Shown: in pieces, positions 36,300-48,339 of the stretch
Layout: every line of letters starts with the position of its first letter
How positions within the stretch are numbered: position 1 is the stretch's first letter
NCBI GenBank assembly: GCA_030141605.1
Contig: JAQGDQ010000033.1
Location: 248,001 to 312,000 of the forward strand
Source: Tubiluchus corallicola
Taxonomy: Eukaryota > Animalia > Priapulida
Direction: 5' to 3'
DNA length: 64,000 nucleotides
Position numbers and translations under genes: made by a program
Notes under the pieces: generated by a model
The model's input: only the letters and a program-made list of their open reading frames with translations
Told to the model about the DNA's origin: nothing
The model's database searches: none

Positions 36300-38212
36300 A
36301 AAGGGAAATTCTGTGAACCAGTGCAGACGGTCATCATTCCTATGGGAACATGACAAATCAATCTTGCAGGCCTGGAGATTATGGCACTCCTCTTGCTTGT
36401 CCAATATTCGTGCTGAGCATACCCGTGCATCTCAACAGGTGCAATCCTTTATTCTTTATGCATGAAGATGTTATGACGTACAACTTGCTAGTAGAATTAT
36501 GGAGAATGGAAAATAATTCTTTCACTACAGTAAACATTTCCTCAAGCCAGCTTATCCCACCTGTAGCTTATTGAACCAGCACCCACAAATTGTTACCTGA
36601 AGACGTTGCATCTACCATAGACGACAATTTTGCCTTTTTCTTCACATATGAACCCCTGGATGTTCCAGTTGCAGTCCCAGCAACTGAATAGAATTCTGAA
36701 AATCTTAACAATGTTGAATTCACACTGAATGATGTTTATCTAGGATTAATTGCCTTGAAGCCATTCAAAGCTACTGGACTTGATAATTTCCATGGCTTCA
36801 TTGTAAAATCTTGTACCCTACAGTTAATATTACCCTTGCTCTATTTATATCGACAGTCACTTGTTTCATCTTGTGTTCCTCAAAGTTGGATTGATTCCAA
36901 TGTTACACAGCAATCTACTGTTCGTCCAACTTACGATAATTTAAGACCCGTATCCTTCACATCCACTGTTGCTAAATGTATGGAAGCTGTTCTTTGGGAT
37001 GAAGTCCTGTGGTTCTTGATTAGAACTAACAAAATATGTAAAAATCAGCATGGCTGCCTTCCTCAGCGATCCATTAACCTACTTACGTGCTTGAATGATT
37101 GGAGTTAGTGGTTCAATGACCTATCATTGCCTGGCATTGACATCCTGTACCTTGACTTAAAAAAACTTTTGATTCTGTACCTCATCAAAGACTCCTGGTG
37201 AAGATGGAATATACCGGTATCAGAGGAAATCTCTTAGCTTGGTTTTGTTACTTTTCGACAAATTGTCACCAGCAAGTTGTTATGAATAATATGACAACAG
37301 AATGGAAGCAAGTTCGTAGTGGAATACGTCAATGCAAATTAAGTGGCCATACTTAATCTTTAATCTTTTAATGTTTATTAATGCAGTGTCACTGAGTGGG
37401 TATCTTTTGGGTCTTAATTAGCTTTGTACATTGATGACTTAAAGCCACATCGTTCAATTTGTGATGACAACGATAGACATATGTTACAACTTGACCTCAG
37501 TAACATTGAAAGATGGTGTGATGAATGGCTAATGGAACTCAAGAAAAGCAAAAGACATCTTCTTTGCATTCGACCCCGGGCGTGTACCGCATAACATCTT
37601 AAGGATGGTGCCTTTGAAGAAAAAGGTACTATTAAAGATCTGGTTGTTACAGTCACCAATGGTTTAAAAAGGAATGCTCATATCAATAATATTGTCACAC
37701 AAACTAATCAACGTATTGGAATGATTAAGCAATGTGTTGTTTCACGAAAAGACCCTGTGGTCATCCCATTTTAAAGCAGTTGTTCAACCTGTTCCTGAAT
37801 ATGTGTGTGTTGTGTGTTCACCCCGTACACAACGCTCAAGAGTGCTCTTGAAAGAAGTCTTTGCCGTTGCATTCATCTGGCTAACGACATCAAGTCAACT
37901 GTAACACCTCTCGAACATCGTCGCGAAACTGTTGATCTTATAAACTCTTATAAAATCGTTGATGCCTAATCATTCTGCTGGAAGATGATTTCTTTTCTCG
38001 ATCACCACGCCCTCTCCATGAACATCACTCTAAACTGTATGTTCCGTATTCTCGAGTTAATATCCATTCCCATTTTTTTGCTTCCCGTGGAACAAATTGT
38101 CCGATGCAATCGCAGATGCACCATCAATTGCTTTAAGCATCTTTGAGAAGGGACTGTAACCAAGTTCAACTCTAGGTCCCTATAACTTTGTAAGGTAAAT
38201 TATAAGGTAAAC
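36300..38212 (+). mobile_element. Decayed CR1-type LINE
   Basis: KATGLDNFHG, NLRPVSFTSTVAKCME, NQHG, YLD.KK.FDSVPHQRLL, KDLVV; tail taaggtaaattataaggtaaa. Confidence 0.82.
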
Positions 38213-39214
38213 ATTGTTGTAATTTATGATAGGCATTGAGCTTTGAAAAGAACTTTGAGGTTTAATATTGGATGTTGGGAACAGTAAGCATATTGAGTAA
38301 GGGGGGTATACTGTATTCATTATTCGCTCATTTTTATTTTAGTATCTTCTAATATTAAATGTCAGACGGAAAATCTGTATCGATTAAGGCATTATAACTT
38401 TAATGTAAAGGAAGATAAGTTTTCAGATCTCACCTCATTTTAAAGTATTTTAAAATACACATTTTATCACTTATAATAATGCCAAAATGTTTCTGATAAT
38501 TAAATATTGCCTTATTCATATGGAAATTTAATGTACTAGGTGTGGTAGTTTAATGAAACTCGTGTCATAAAGCTACAAAAGTTAGTCTTAAAATTCTTTA
38601 GCGAGCATACAATAAAAGAGAATATTTAACTCTCATTAGCCTTAGAAACTTAATTATTGGCCAGTGAGTGCAACTAGAGATGACATCACAATATAATTAT
38701 TTTCTCACTTGAAATGCCCATTTTGCGTACTTTGATTATTGCATACTTTTAAATTTGACCCGAGTGTGAAATATATTGATATTCATTAGTCAGCTGTAAC
38801 CAGTTTTTGGTACACGATATGCGAATGACTGCTGTTCAATACACGTAATACACTTGCTACATAATTTTTCACAGATGTTTGCAAAAAAGACAAATATAAA
38901 CATTTTTAAGTATAACAAGTATCTAACAACAGATTGTAAGTGTTCATGAGAAAAAGTGGCCACCTAAAGCTGTAACGATCAACAGTTAATCATACCTGTT
39001 TTTGCTGGTATGATTAACATGATCTCAATATTGGCAGGTGAGAATTGCAAAGTAGATTTTAATTTCCTTTAAATACCAAGGTAAATAAAGTATATATTCA
39101 CAAAGCAGATGTAGATACACGTATGTGCTGCAAAAGTAGATGTAGATTAAAGGTAGATGAAAAAAATTAGATGTTCCAAACACTGGCTGTAAATTACTTC
39201 TCTTTTTGCAGGTT

Positions 39215-42200
39215 ATGATGAATGGTATTGTGAGCGACGACGAAGCTGAATTAAACTCTCTGAGTCGAAAGCCTACTTGTTTTGTTGTGTGGGGTAAACC
39301 CTGTGCTGGTAAGACAACTATTGCTACTCACTTGTCCAAAGACTGGAATTGTATTTTAATTAATAGCATTACCCTGGTACAGGAAGCCATTACTGAAGAC
39401 ACAAAGGAAGGAAATGCACTATTAACAAGATTATTTGATGGTGCTACAATAGAAGAGGACACAATATTCAACCTTCTAAAAGAAAAAATTGCTTCACCAC
39501 AAGTTCAACATTATGGCTATATTCTGGATGGATTCCCATGCATTAATGCTAATTTATCCCCCAAAGAGCAGTTAGATATGATCTGGTCTTGGAAAATGAA
39601 GCCAGATATCATAGTTAATATAAAACTTTATGACAAGGATGCAGAAACAAGGCGGTCAGGTCAAAGAGTTGATTTCCTCACTCTCAAAATGTACTCTGAA
39701 GAAATGTACATATTTCAACCACATATTGGTGAAACATCTGAAGGCGAGGAGGAATATGAACACGAAGAAGAATCTGAGGAGAGTGAGAAACCGGCAGATG
39801 AATATACATTGAAGCCTATTATGACACCAGAGATCTTTGACAGACTAGTAAAGAAACCGGAAGATATGGGAGACCTACCTATTAGTGACATTATGCATTA
39901 TAGGGCATTTGTTCTTCCACTAGTCGAAGATCAAATTGAGAAACATCGTCGGCAGCATGTCATAGAGCTTGATGGAAATCTAGACTTACCTGAACTTTAC
40001 CGACAGCTTTCTGAGCGTTTGAATTTACTCTCTCTTCATCGTTCTGTTTTTCCTCATCTTCTTCTTGAGGATGAAGAAGATTTAGCAGAAGTTGATGAGA
40101 ATGATGTATTTCGGTCTCTAGCTGGCACAAAAGTTATTTCACCTGGCTATTTATGGCATTTATCAAAATTTAAAAATATTTGTCCAGTAGCTCTTTTTGA
40201 AGGCTCCATGTTGATGGGCCAACCTCAGTATACTGTTACATATCTTGATAAGTTTTATATGCTTTCTAGTGTGGATGCTGTGAGTAAGTTTCAGCAAAAT
40301 CCCCGGCCATATATTTTACCATCAAACTTTCGAATACCTTGTAAGTTGTGCATAATAGGACTTCCTCTAAGCGGAAAAACAACTATTTGTGCAGCACTAG
40401 CTGAACACTATTCTGCCGATGTGATTACAGTGGAAGATCATGTAGATCAATTTTTGACAGCCAAAAAAGAGGCATTTATCGAGGAAGAGCGTTTAAACAC
40501 CATGAAAGTCGCTATTGAGGAAGTTAGAAAAAGACTAGAAGTAGAAGGTTTTGAGGAAGGCGATGAAAAAAATGTTTTGCCTGAAGTTGATGATTCGCAT
40601 CCTGAAGTAGAAGAAGCTGTGAATGCAGCTGTTGCAAATGCAGAAGCAAAAGAGTTTCCACTAACTGCCAATATGTATGTTGAAATGTTAAATGACCTTA
40701 TTGCTAAAGTGGAGGAGCATGTCACGGTCAAGAGCTCTGGAAGCAAATCACATGGTGGATACATACTTGATGGCTGTCCTGCTGCACCAGATCAGTGGAC
40801 AGTGTTTTTAGAAGAAGGGGCTGTTGTTGATGATGTTATTGTACTTTTAGATGACGATGGTCATCGTCATACTGCATTGGAGAAGCGATGGTTTAAAAAA
40901 TATTATGAATGCAGTGAAGGAGACATACCAGAGGTAATATCAGAATCAGAAGAACTTGGTGTTTTTCTGCATTTGGTCGAAGATGCTCAACGAAAATGTG
41001 AGCAAATTATTGCACTGATTTCAAGAAGTTTGATCGTGCAACCTAAAATAATAGATGTTGCTGGTAAAAGCATTGATGATCTCAGACAAGAAATTGTTGC
41101 AAAATTAGAAGACAACTTCAAGCACAAAGCAGGTGAAATGTCAAACCTGGATGAGGATGAAGAAAATGCTGAAATTCGTGCTGATGAGTACCTTGAAGAA
41201 TTTGATGAAAATATTGATGTTTTGACAGAAAAGTTTATGCCACTTGGTGAAACCAGTAGCTATGACACAGTAATTCTTGCACAAAAGAAAGTGCTTATGC
41301 GTGGTGAACCTGATTATGGCGCCAAATATCGCGATAAAGTGTACTACTTTACAAATGAAGAAAACAGGTCAAAATTTATTTATGACCCATTAGCATTTCT
41401 TCCTCGCACAATTCCACTTGCACCACCAGCAGTCAGGATTGTCATGCTTGGCCCACGCGGAGCAGGTAAAACATTTATTGGAAAAGCATTGGCAAAGAAG
41501 TTAGGGGTTTTTTACGTTAATTTTAGAGAACGACTGCAAGAGATTATACGACAGAAAACAGTGACTCCAGTGAATCCTGAAGAATTTGAGGAACAGGTTC
41601 CACTTGCAGATTCAGAAGAGGCAGAAGAAGAAAGCATAGGAGGCGAAGAAGAAAATCCAAAAGAAACTTATGATTTAACGGATGAAGAGGAGAATATTTT
41701 CCATTATTTTAGTGCTGATGATAAGCTCGCACCTGATACACTAGAAAAATACCTTGCACCATTTTGGCATGAGGAGCCTTTTAAATCTCTTGGTTTTGTA
41801 ATGGAAGATTTTCCTCAAATGCAAGATGATGCACAATACTTAGGAATGAATAATTTACTTCCTGATGTAGCAGTTTCCTTAGATGTTGATGAAGACATTG
41901 TGATATTAAGACTTTTACCTAATCGGCAAAAGCAGTGGAAAGAAAAGCGAGAAAAACTACTTCAAAAGAAGCAAAAGAAAAAAGATGAAATCATGAGTGA
42001 CTGGAAAAAAAAAGTTGAGGCAAGGAGGACTGAACTAGAAACTGAGCGAAGGTTAGAAAGAGGGGAGGAGTCTAATGAAGATGAATTTTCACTATATTCA
42101 GAGGATGAAGAAACAGATATTGAAGATGTTCTCGAAGATGAGTTACCAGAACCTTATATCGATGAAGAAGACTTGGAGTCTTTTGATGAAGCAACTGAAA

Positions 42201-44149
42201 GGATGAAAGATGAACTATCACTTTTATGGCAAGAAGGTATTAATGAACTTGAACTAATAAAAGATGCACTTGCAGAGTTTCATTGTCCAGTGATTGAACT
42301 AGATGGCAGTCGAAAATCTCATGTAATTCATTGTCGTTTGGATAATGCTTTGAAGCCTATAATACAACACAGAAAAAGTTTGTTTGAACGTGTTTACCCA
42401 ATAGAAGTTCCTGCAGCAGATGATTTATTGTCGGCTGGATATGTTTCTCTGAGTAAATTTGGAAAATGGTGCCCCGTGAAGCTTTTGGAAGGTGAACATG
42501 TGGTTCCAAAACCACCTTTCTTTCCTGTAACATATCGGCAATATGTTTATTTTCTTTCTTCTTCTCAAGCAAGAAAAGATTTTATGCAAGATCCTTTGTA
42601 TTACATTGATCAAACTCCACCTAGTGAAATGGCTCCCTTGAAACTTGCCATATTGGGACCTCCAAAGTCAGGTAAAACTACAATTGCAAAACGACTGGTT
42701 CAAGAATTTGGCATTCTTAGAATATCAGCTGGGTCAGCAATGAGATATGTGCTAAAAAATCAACCAAATACAGAATTGGCAAAAAAGTTGAATCACCAAT
42801 TGATGTGTGGCCTAACTGCTTCTGTAGAGTTAATTGTCCAGGCAGTTGAAGTCAACCTTACCAATTCTATTTGTCAGAGCAGAGGTTACGTATTGGATGG
42901 GTTTCCTGTAATGCAATATCAAATTGACTTAATGACAGACAGGAGCATCATTCCAATTTGTGTTATAGAGCTTCAACTTGAACCGCAAGTCACTTTTATA
43001 CGAGGACAGAAGGACCGCTCCGAGAGAACGTTACCACTGCATGATAGTCTGAAGATTTTAGCATTCAGAACAGCTGAGTGGCATAAAGAGTTTCAGGCTG
43101 TGCAACATTGGTATGAAATGGAGCATAAGAATGTAACAAAAGTTGATGGCTCTAGGTCAAGATGGTGGGTGTGGAATGCAATTCTTTCTGCGGCAAAGAT
43201 ATCTGTGGCTCGTACACAAAGATACTTGAATGGAAAGCTAACTGGTGAAGCTGTACCTTTGTTAGGATTATGCATCAGGCCATATGAGTTTGAGGAGAAA
43301 CTTGGAGAATTTGGCAAATATTGTCCTGTGTGTTTGGCAGAAGATGAGCTTACTGACTGCTCTGATGACTGTTTTCTTCAGTATGCTGCTGAATTTAAAA
43401 ATAAACATTATGTAATGTGTTCAATAGTTCACTTGGATGCTTTTCTTATCAGAGCACAATGGTATGTATTGCCAGCTGCTCCAAATGCCCTCCCACCAGA
43501 AGACTGTCTTCCTAAGCCATGTTTTGAGGAGCTTTCAAATGAAGAAGTGGCACTGCAAGGATTTTGTCCTGTCACCTTTGTTGATGGTTTGTGTGCCCAT
43601 GAAGCTTTAATAAAAGGGTGTAGCAAGTATGGTGTGAAATATAAAAATAAGTTCTTTGTTATGACAACAGTCGAAAATCAAGAGAAATTTCTCAGAAAAC
43701 CAGAAAAATATGCAAATGCTACAATTATTGTGAAATTGCCTTCTATGAACCCTTCTTTGGTTCTGACTGCCCTTCCAATGCTTGGATACTTAGAACAAAC
43801 TGTGGCAATGGCACTCATCAGAGCAATGACATCAGCTGCACTTTTCAAACCAAAGTTCCCATGTCTGAGTATAGAAGCATCTGCTCAGGTATTTCTGGCC
43901 TACCATCTGAAAGTGCATAATCCTTATAGTTCAGATTTTGTTCGACAAAAATACCGGGAACTCTTCCAGAAATACAAAGATCAGTGCAACTTGATTGGTT
44001 ACCTGAGTAACAACATGACACCTTTTTATGTGGAGCCAGAATATCGCCCACATGACTTTAATAAAAAAATGAATGATTTTATGAATATTGTGACAAGCAA
44101 AGGCTGTGATGTGAATTGGAATTTATGCGATATATTTTCAACAGATTAG
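39215..44149 (+). CDS. AK9: Adenylate kinase 9 (multi-domain axonemal AK), single uninterrupted coding exon
   Basis: ~1644-aa ORF with four P-loops (GKPCAGKTT, GLPLSGKTT, GPRGAGKT, GPPKSGKTT), GYILDGFP motifs, CPV..F/Y YHS-like repeats, acidic inserts and C-terminal LPMLGYLEQ..KPKFP. A strong acceptor tctttttgcag (39210-39211) lies just before the ATG. Confidence 0.95.
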   Translation: MMNGIVSDDEAELNSLSRKPTCFVVWGKPCAGKTTIATHLSKDWNCILINSITLVQEAITEDTKEGNALLTRLFDGATIEEDTIFNLLKEKIASPQVQHYGYILDGFPCINANLSPKEQLDMIWSWKMKPDIIVNIKLYDKDAETRRSGQRVDFLTLKMYSEEMYIFQPHIGETSEGEEEYEHEEESEESEKPADEYTLKPIMTPEIFDRLVKKPEDMGDLPISDIMHYRAFVLPLVEDQIEKHRRQHVIELDGNLDLPELYRQLSERLNLLSLHRSVFPHLLLEDEEDLAEVDENDVFRSLAGTKVISPGYLWHLSKFKNICPVALFEGSMLMGQPQYTVTYLDKFYMLSSVDAVSKFQQNPRPYILPSNFRIPCKLCIIGLPLSGKTTICAALAEHYSADVITVEDHVDQFLTAKKEAFIEEERLNTMKVAIEEVRKRLEVEGFEEGDEKNVLPEVDDSHPEVEEAVNAAVANAEAKEFPLTANMYVEMLNDLIAKVEEHVTVKSSGSKSHGGYILDGCPAAPDQWTVFLEEGAVVDDVIVLLDDDGHRHTALEKRWFKKYYECSEGDIPEVISESEELGVFLHLVEDAQRKCEQIIALISRSLIVQPKIIDVAGKSIDDLRQEIVAKLEDNFKHKAGEMSNLDEDEENAEIRADEYLEEFDENIDVLTEKFMPLGETSSYDTVILAQKKVLMRGEPDYGAKYRDKVYYFTNEENRSKFIYDPLAFLPRTIPLAPPAVRIVMLGPRGAGKTFIGKALAKKLGVFYVNFRERLQEIIRQKTVTPVNPEEFEEQVPLADSEEAEEESIGGEEENPKETYDLTDEEENIFHYFSADDKLAPDTLEKYLAPFWHEEPFKSLGFVMEDFPQMQDDAQYLGMNNLLPDVAVSLDVDEDIVILRLLPNRQKQWKEKREKLLQKKQKKKDEIMSDWKKKVEARRTELETERRLERGEESNEDEFSLYSEDEETDIEDVLEDELPEPYIDEEDLESFDEATERMKDELSLLWQEGINELELIKDALAEFHCPVIELDGSRKSHVIHCRLDNALKPIIQHRKSLFERVYPIEVPAADDLLSAGYVSLSKFGKWCPVKLLEGEHVVPKPPFFPVTYRQYVYFLSSSQARKDFMQDPLYYIDQTPPSEMAPLKLAILGPPKSGKTTIAKRLVQEFGILRISAGSAMRYVLKNQPNTELAKKLNHQLMCGLTASVELIVQAVEVNLTNSICQSRGYVLDGFPVMQYQIDLMTDRSIIPICVIELQLEPQVTFIRGQKDRSERTLPLHDSLKILAFRTAEWHKEFQAVQHWYEMEHKNVTKVDGSRSRWWVWNAILSAAKISVARTQRYLNGKLTGEAVPLLGLCIRPYEFEEKLGEFGKYCPVCLAEDELTDCSDDCFLQYAAEFKNKHYVMCSIVHLDAFLIRAQWYVLPAAPNALPPEDCLPKPCFEELSNEEVALQGFCPVTFVDGLCAHEALIKGCSKYGVKYKNKFFVMTTVENQEKFLRKPEKYANATIIVKLPSMNPSLVLTALPMLGYLEQTVAMALIRAMTSAALFKPKFPCLSIEASAQVFLAYHLKVHNPYSSDFVRQKYRELFQKYKDQCNLIGYLSNNMTPFYVEPEYRPHDFNKKMNDFMNIVTSKGCDVNWNLCDIFSTD

Positions 44150-44962
44150 ATGGCAATGAGCATTTCCAATGAATTTGAAAGTATTAACAGAACTTCTTGG
44201 ATTTGTAAACATGGAAAAATGTGAGAACAGAAAACATAGGCTTTTTGGACAAAACGTGCAATGACACAACTATAATAAGGCTAGATCAAGTACTAATCAG
44301 ATTATCTGTAGCTAGAGTGTTGACTTTGACAACTTGAGTGTATGATGCTAAACTGTTCTGACACACTGCTGTAAACTAACACGTCAGTGCACCGCACTGT
44401 AGTGTACATTACATCACTGGAATATAATCCTGCAACTATGTACATTGCACTGGTGGAGTAGTGGCTATAAGTCCCTACCACATCCTTCCTTGTTGGGTGA
44501 GCAAAGTATATGAGTAGTCATATGTGCTTATGGTGATGTATAAGCAACATAGAGGCTGGTTATTTATCAGAGGGGTGACCACCATATTCGTTACACATAT
44601 TGGATAGGTTCATTTGAACACCTTTCTGATTCTAGTTTGAGAAATGGAGGATATATTCTCATATGTAAAAGTGCTACGTGAGTCCTTTGTCAATTCAATA
44701 CCATATTTTAGCAATACCATATTTTAGAGGATTGCCTCAAGAGAGAACTAGTTTCCAGTACTGCCATAGCAGCTTTCTATCCACTACGTGTGTCATTGAA
44801 CTCAGTATTCTAGCTTGAAGCTGATGAAGTGCGACGATAAAAAGCCATTATAGTCCTGTTGCTATTGGTGGTCAATTGCACACTCTATTAACTTGATAAT
44901 TCTCCAAGTCATTATACTAATTACAGCTGAAATTATAAAATATTAATAATTAGTTTGGCTGC

Positions 44963-45056
44963 TTATTTAGTTCCATTTTTATTTTACTATCCTTTAGTGC
45001 ACATGTTTCATTTTATTTAGTTCCATTTTATTTTTACTATCCTTTAGTGCACGTTT
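44963..45056. repeat. Short tandem duplication (~50 bp x2)
   Basis: ttatttagttccatttt(t)attttactatcctttagtgcac..gtttcat occurs twice. Confidence 0.85.
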
Positions 45057-46080
45057 CATCATTTTTACCAGCAATCAACATTGTTAAAATGTTAACTGCT
45101 ACGCATGTGACTTGCACGTGCATTGACACACATGCGTCTTATTATATACATACATGGTAGAAAAATTATTAATGAAATATATATATAAATACGTTGAGCA
45201 GTAATAAACGCAACATAGCAATTCCACGCACTACTGTATTCTAGTTTTTTTGTAACCGTCAATTATTGTCTTATGTTAAATACACCTTATGTCAATATGT
45301 GCTGCTTTTGAGGTTACTGTTTGTTAAAGCACGTGGTGCATGAAAAATTTGTAGATGGCAATACATATTGTACATGCTAATGTCAAGGTAGCGACAAAAT
45401 TTTTACATACATATAGGTATTATTCATGACGCCATTCGTTTAGTTCGTTGACAAAAGTTCTGATATACAACATGCTAGGGAAAAGAGAAAAATTCAAAAT
45501 AGTGTAACAGTAGAAAAATCGCTTGTAATACAGTGTAGTGACCAAAAAGACAAAAGTAAATAAGTTAATTCAAAACAAATGTCAGTGGGTAAACTCTCCG
45601 GAAGTCAAGATAGAAGGTGAAGGACAGCAAAAAAAAAGTCAAAAGAAAAGACGAACGTAAGCAGGCAAATTAAGGTAAAGAAGAAACTAAAACATTAATA
45701 ATTAAAAGCAGCTTTAATTATAGGCAATAAAGGAATTTGTCCTTATTCTGGGTCCTGTGTTTTTGTAAAGGTTCTTCAATATGCGCAATGTAATTATTTT
45801 TGCAGAAAATCGTAATACCTTCGTTTTTGACAGTATACTAGTTAGCGCTATGTGCAAGTCAAACTTTTGATGTGTATGATATCAGAAACACCATTATTAC
45901 ACGTTGTAGCAACCTATGTATCTCATTCCTGCCATTAAAATGAATGAATAATGATGCTGAGTCGAATGGCCAAATATGCAAACTTTATCTGATTCGAAAA
46001 AACGCAGTATATGTAGTGAACTTGCTTTGATTTTTACCGAAGCGGCTCTTGTGGAATTTTTATTCCATTCATGCTTGTAA

Positions 46081-46371
46081 CTCCGCCCTTTTCCATATTT
46101 GGGTAAGCGCGAAGTGGCGTGATTCTACGACATAGATGAGCATTTTCATTCTTGCCGACAGGGGTGGGCTACAGTAAGTCATGGCAAATTGGAAAAAGGC
46201 TGAGCAACTGAGGTTGGTGTTGTAGACACATGTGCTCGACTTTTGTGAAATCGTGCGATGTTATTTCATTGTTCAACTTTATAGGACATTAATGTCTTGT
46301 TGCAGACAACTTTTAAAGGGCGCCTCTCACCATAAGAATGCAAGTCGAAGGGGTGTGTGTTATCACGTGAT
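46081..46371 (+). promoter_or_regulatory. LDLRAP1 promoter with GC box, CArG box, SRE and palindromic E-box
   Basis: ctccgccc 46081; ccatatttgg 46093-46102; gtggcgtgat (reverse complement ATCACGCCAC) 46114-46123; atcacgtgat 46362-46371; CpG-retaining region. Confidence 0.55.
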
Positions 46372-46443
46372 TCCTCGTGCGATGTGCTGGCGGCTACTGA
46401 CCGCATTTCGTAGATTTTTAGTGTGCTGTGCAATATTTTCATC

Positions 46444-46519
46444 ATGTCTTCTTTAATTAAAGCAGTACAACGGAGTCCTAGTCATTCTAAAAAAGATTGT
46501 CAGAATACTAAGCATTCAA
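46444..46519 (+). CDS. LDLRAP1: LDL-receptor adaptor (ARH) exon 1
   Basis: MSSLIKAVQRSPSHSKK...KHS; gtaagt donor, in phase with exon 2 (KLFEDWT); the RSPS motif resembles the ARH N-terminus. Confidence 0.8.
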
Positions 46520-47132
46520 GTAAGTGTCTCTTTCGTAACGTGTTTGATTTAAATTGTTTCATTTATAACTACTGTATTAACTTGACGCATAGTATCTTAT
46601 GTGACCGGTTTAATTTGCGCAAGTTGGCAGTGAGCCAATTTTTTTTGATGTTGCACAAGTCCCCCTTTTTCTGTTTATTTCTAGTTTGTAGTGTTATTAA
46701 AGAATAGCTTATTGAAGAGGGTCTGTGCTGTGAGAGATTTGTTTTATTTTTTAAAGAATTATCCGAATATTTTATCAGCGATTGCGTCAGCTAACTTTCA
46801 AACAGTCAAATGAAATTAGCCCACAAAAATACACGAGCAAAAAATGATAACTGTAAAGGCATGGTAAATAAGGCAATACTGTTGTAAACTAGCAAGTTCA
46901 TGCTGTTCATGTCTTTGGAATTTTGATGTGAAGGCTAATATTTGATATCACGATCTACCTTAAAGTGAATTAAATCATGACTAAAATACTTAACACGTAA
47001 CACGACAACTGAGTAAGAACAGTGTGTCTCAAGTTCAACGAGTTGTCTACGGACATGCAAGTAGGCTATTTGGCCTAGTTGTGGACTGTACATTAATGTT
47101 GTTATTTATTTATTTAGTAATTTATTGTTTAG

Positions 47133-47388
47133 AACTTTTCGAAGATTGGACTAACACCAAAGAGCCATTAAAGGATGGTGTAACATTCTACGTTAAGTAC
47201 ATTGGTTCAACATTATTAGACCAAGAAAATGGAGAGGAGGCTACTTCTTCTGCTATTAAGAGGATTGTTGTTCTAGCTAAAGCAGCTGGAAAGAGGTTAA
47301 CTACTGCATCTCTTATGATCTGTCCACGTGGTATTCGTTTGACGGATATGAATACGAGAAAAGTCTGCCATTCTCTTAGTATTTATCG
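47133..47388 (+). CDS. LDLRAP1: LDLRAP1 exon 2 (PTB domain)
   Basis: LFEDWTNTKEPLKDGVTFYVKYIGSTL...AIKRIVVLAKAAGKRL...PRGI...SIYR closely matches the ARH PTB domain. Confidence 0.9.
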
Positions 47389-47843
47389 GTATGTGCTACT
47401 GGTCAGTTTATTGGTATTGGTATGGTCAATCAAGCTGGCTCATAAAACGCATGTCCCATGTTCTTTAAGGTGAAGTAACTTGCAGAACTAAGAAGGAATT
47501 GTAGAAAATAACTAAGACCTTGTAATTGCAAATAAAGAAATATGACTGAAAATGTCTAGCTAGCCTAGCAGTCACTAAACAGAAGTATAGCAGAGCGCAT
47601 TCAAAACTCATAGTACTCATGAAACTTCTTTAAATATTTAAAACTGCTTCATAGAAACTGCTACACTTCACAAAAGCTCAAGATTTCAGTTTTTCCAAGT
47701 ATCAGTTCTCGATTGCCTCTCTTATATGAAAGTTTGTATATGAAAACACATATTCAGATTTAATTTGAAATAGATACATTATTTATTGCAGTTATCATCA
47801 TCAAGAATATTATCCTTAATTTTTTAAATTTTTAATTTTTCAG

Positions 47844-47958
47844 AATTGCTTATTGCTGTTTAAACACGACAAATGAGAGGATTTGTGCTTTCAATGCCAG
47901 GTCCGTGGAAAATGATGCAATTGAGTGTCATTCATTTCTCTGTAGCAAGAAAAAAATG
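47844..47958 (+). CDS. LDLRAP1: LDLRAP1 exon 3
   Basis: IAYCC...IECHSFLCSKKKM; AG/GT boundaries. Confidence 0.9.
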
Positions 47959-48167
47959 GTAAGTCTTGCATGTTCTAGTTTTAATCATCTCATTTAAGAA
48001 TTAAGATCATGATTTTTAGTTTCTAGGTGTTTTGTGTTGAAAAGAGGTCGTTGTGGGTAGTGGGCTTACATAGTTTCACTGCCTTGCTTTGATAAGGTAT
48101 TATTATTATAGTCACAATAAATCCACAATTTATTTTAAATTGCTAATCTAAAATTTTTATGCTGTAG

Positions 48168-48339
48168 GCCAAAGCTATTGTTCTGACAATTAATCAGGCC
48201 TTTCAAATTGCTTACGAACAATTGGGAGGCGCTGATTCTACAGAAAAGGGATCTGAAAATCCACATTCTTTTCCAAAAGCTATAGTACATTCAGCTCCAA
48301 ACAGTTCAAGCCATTCTCCTCCATCTAAATTGTCTAAAG
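48168..48339 (+). CDS. LDLRAP1: LDLRAP1 exon 4
   Basis: AKAIVLTINQAFQIAYEQ.. (PTB C-terminal helix) followed by a Ser/Pro linker. Confidence 0.88.

Noticed and set aside
39630-44051. Small nested or antisense ORFs within AK9
   Set aside because: Shadow ORFs of the long coding exon; no independent signals.
44815-44850. ctgatga motif downstream of AK9 as a hammerhead or C/D-box RNA
   Set aside because: No matching GAAA or stems and no terminal stem visible.
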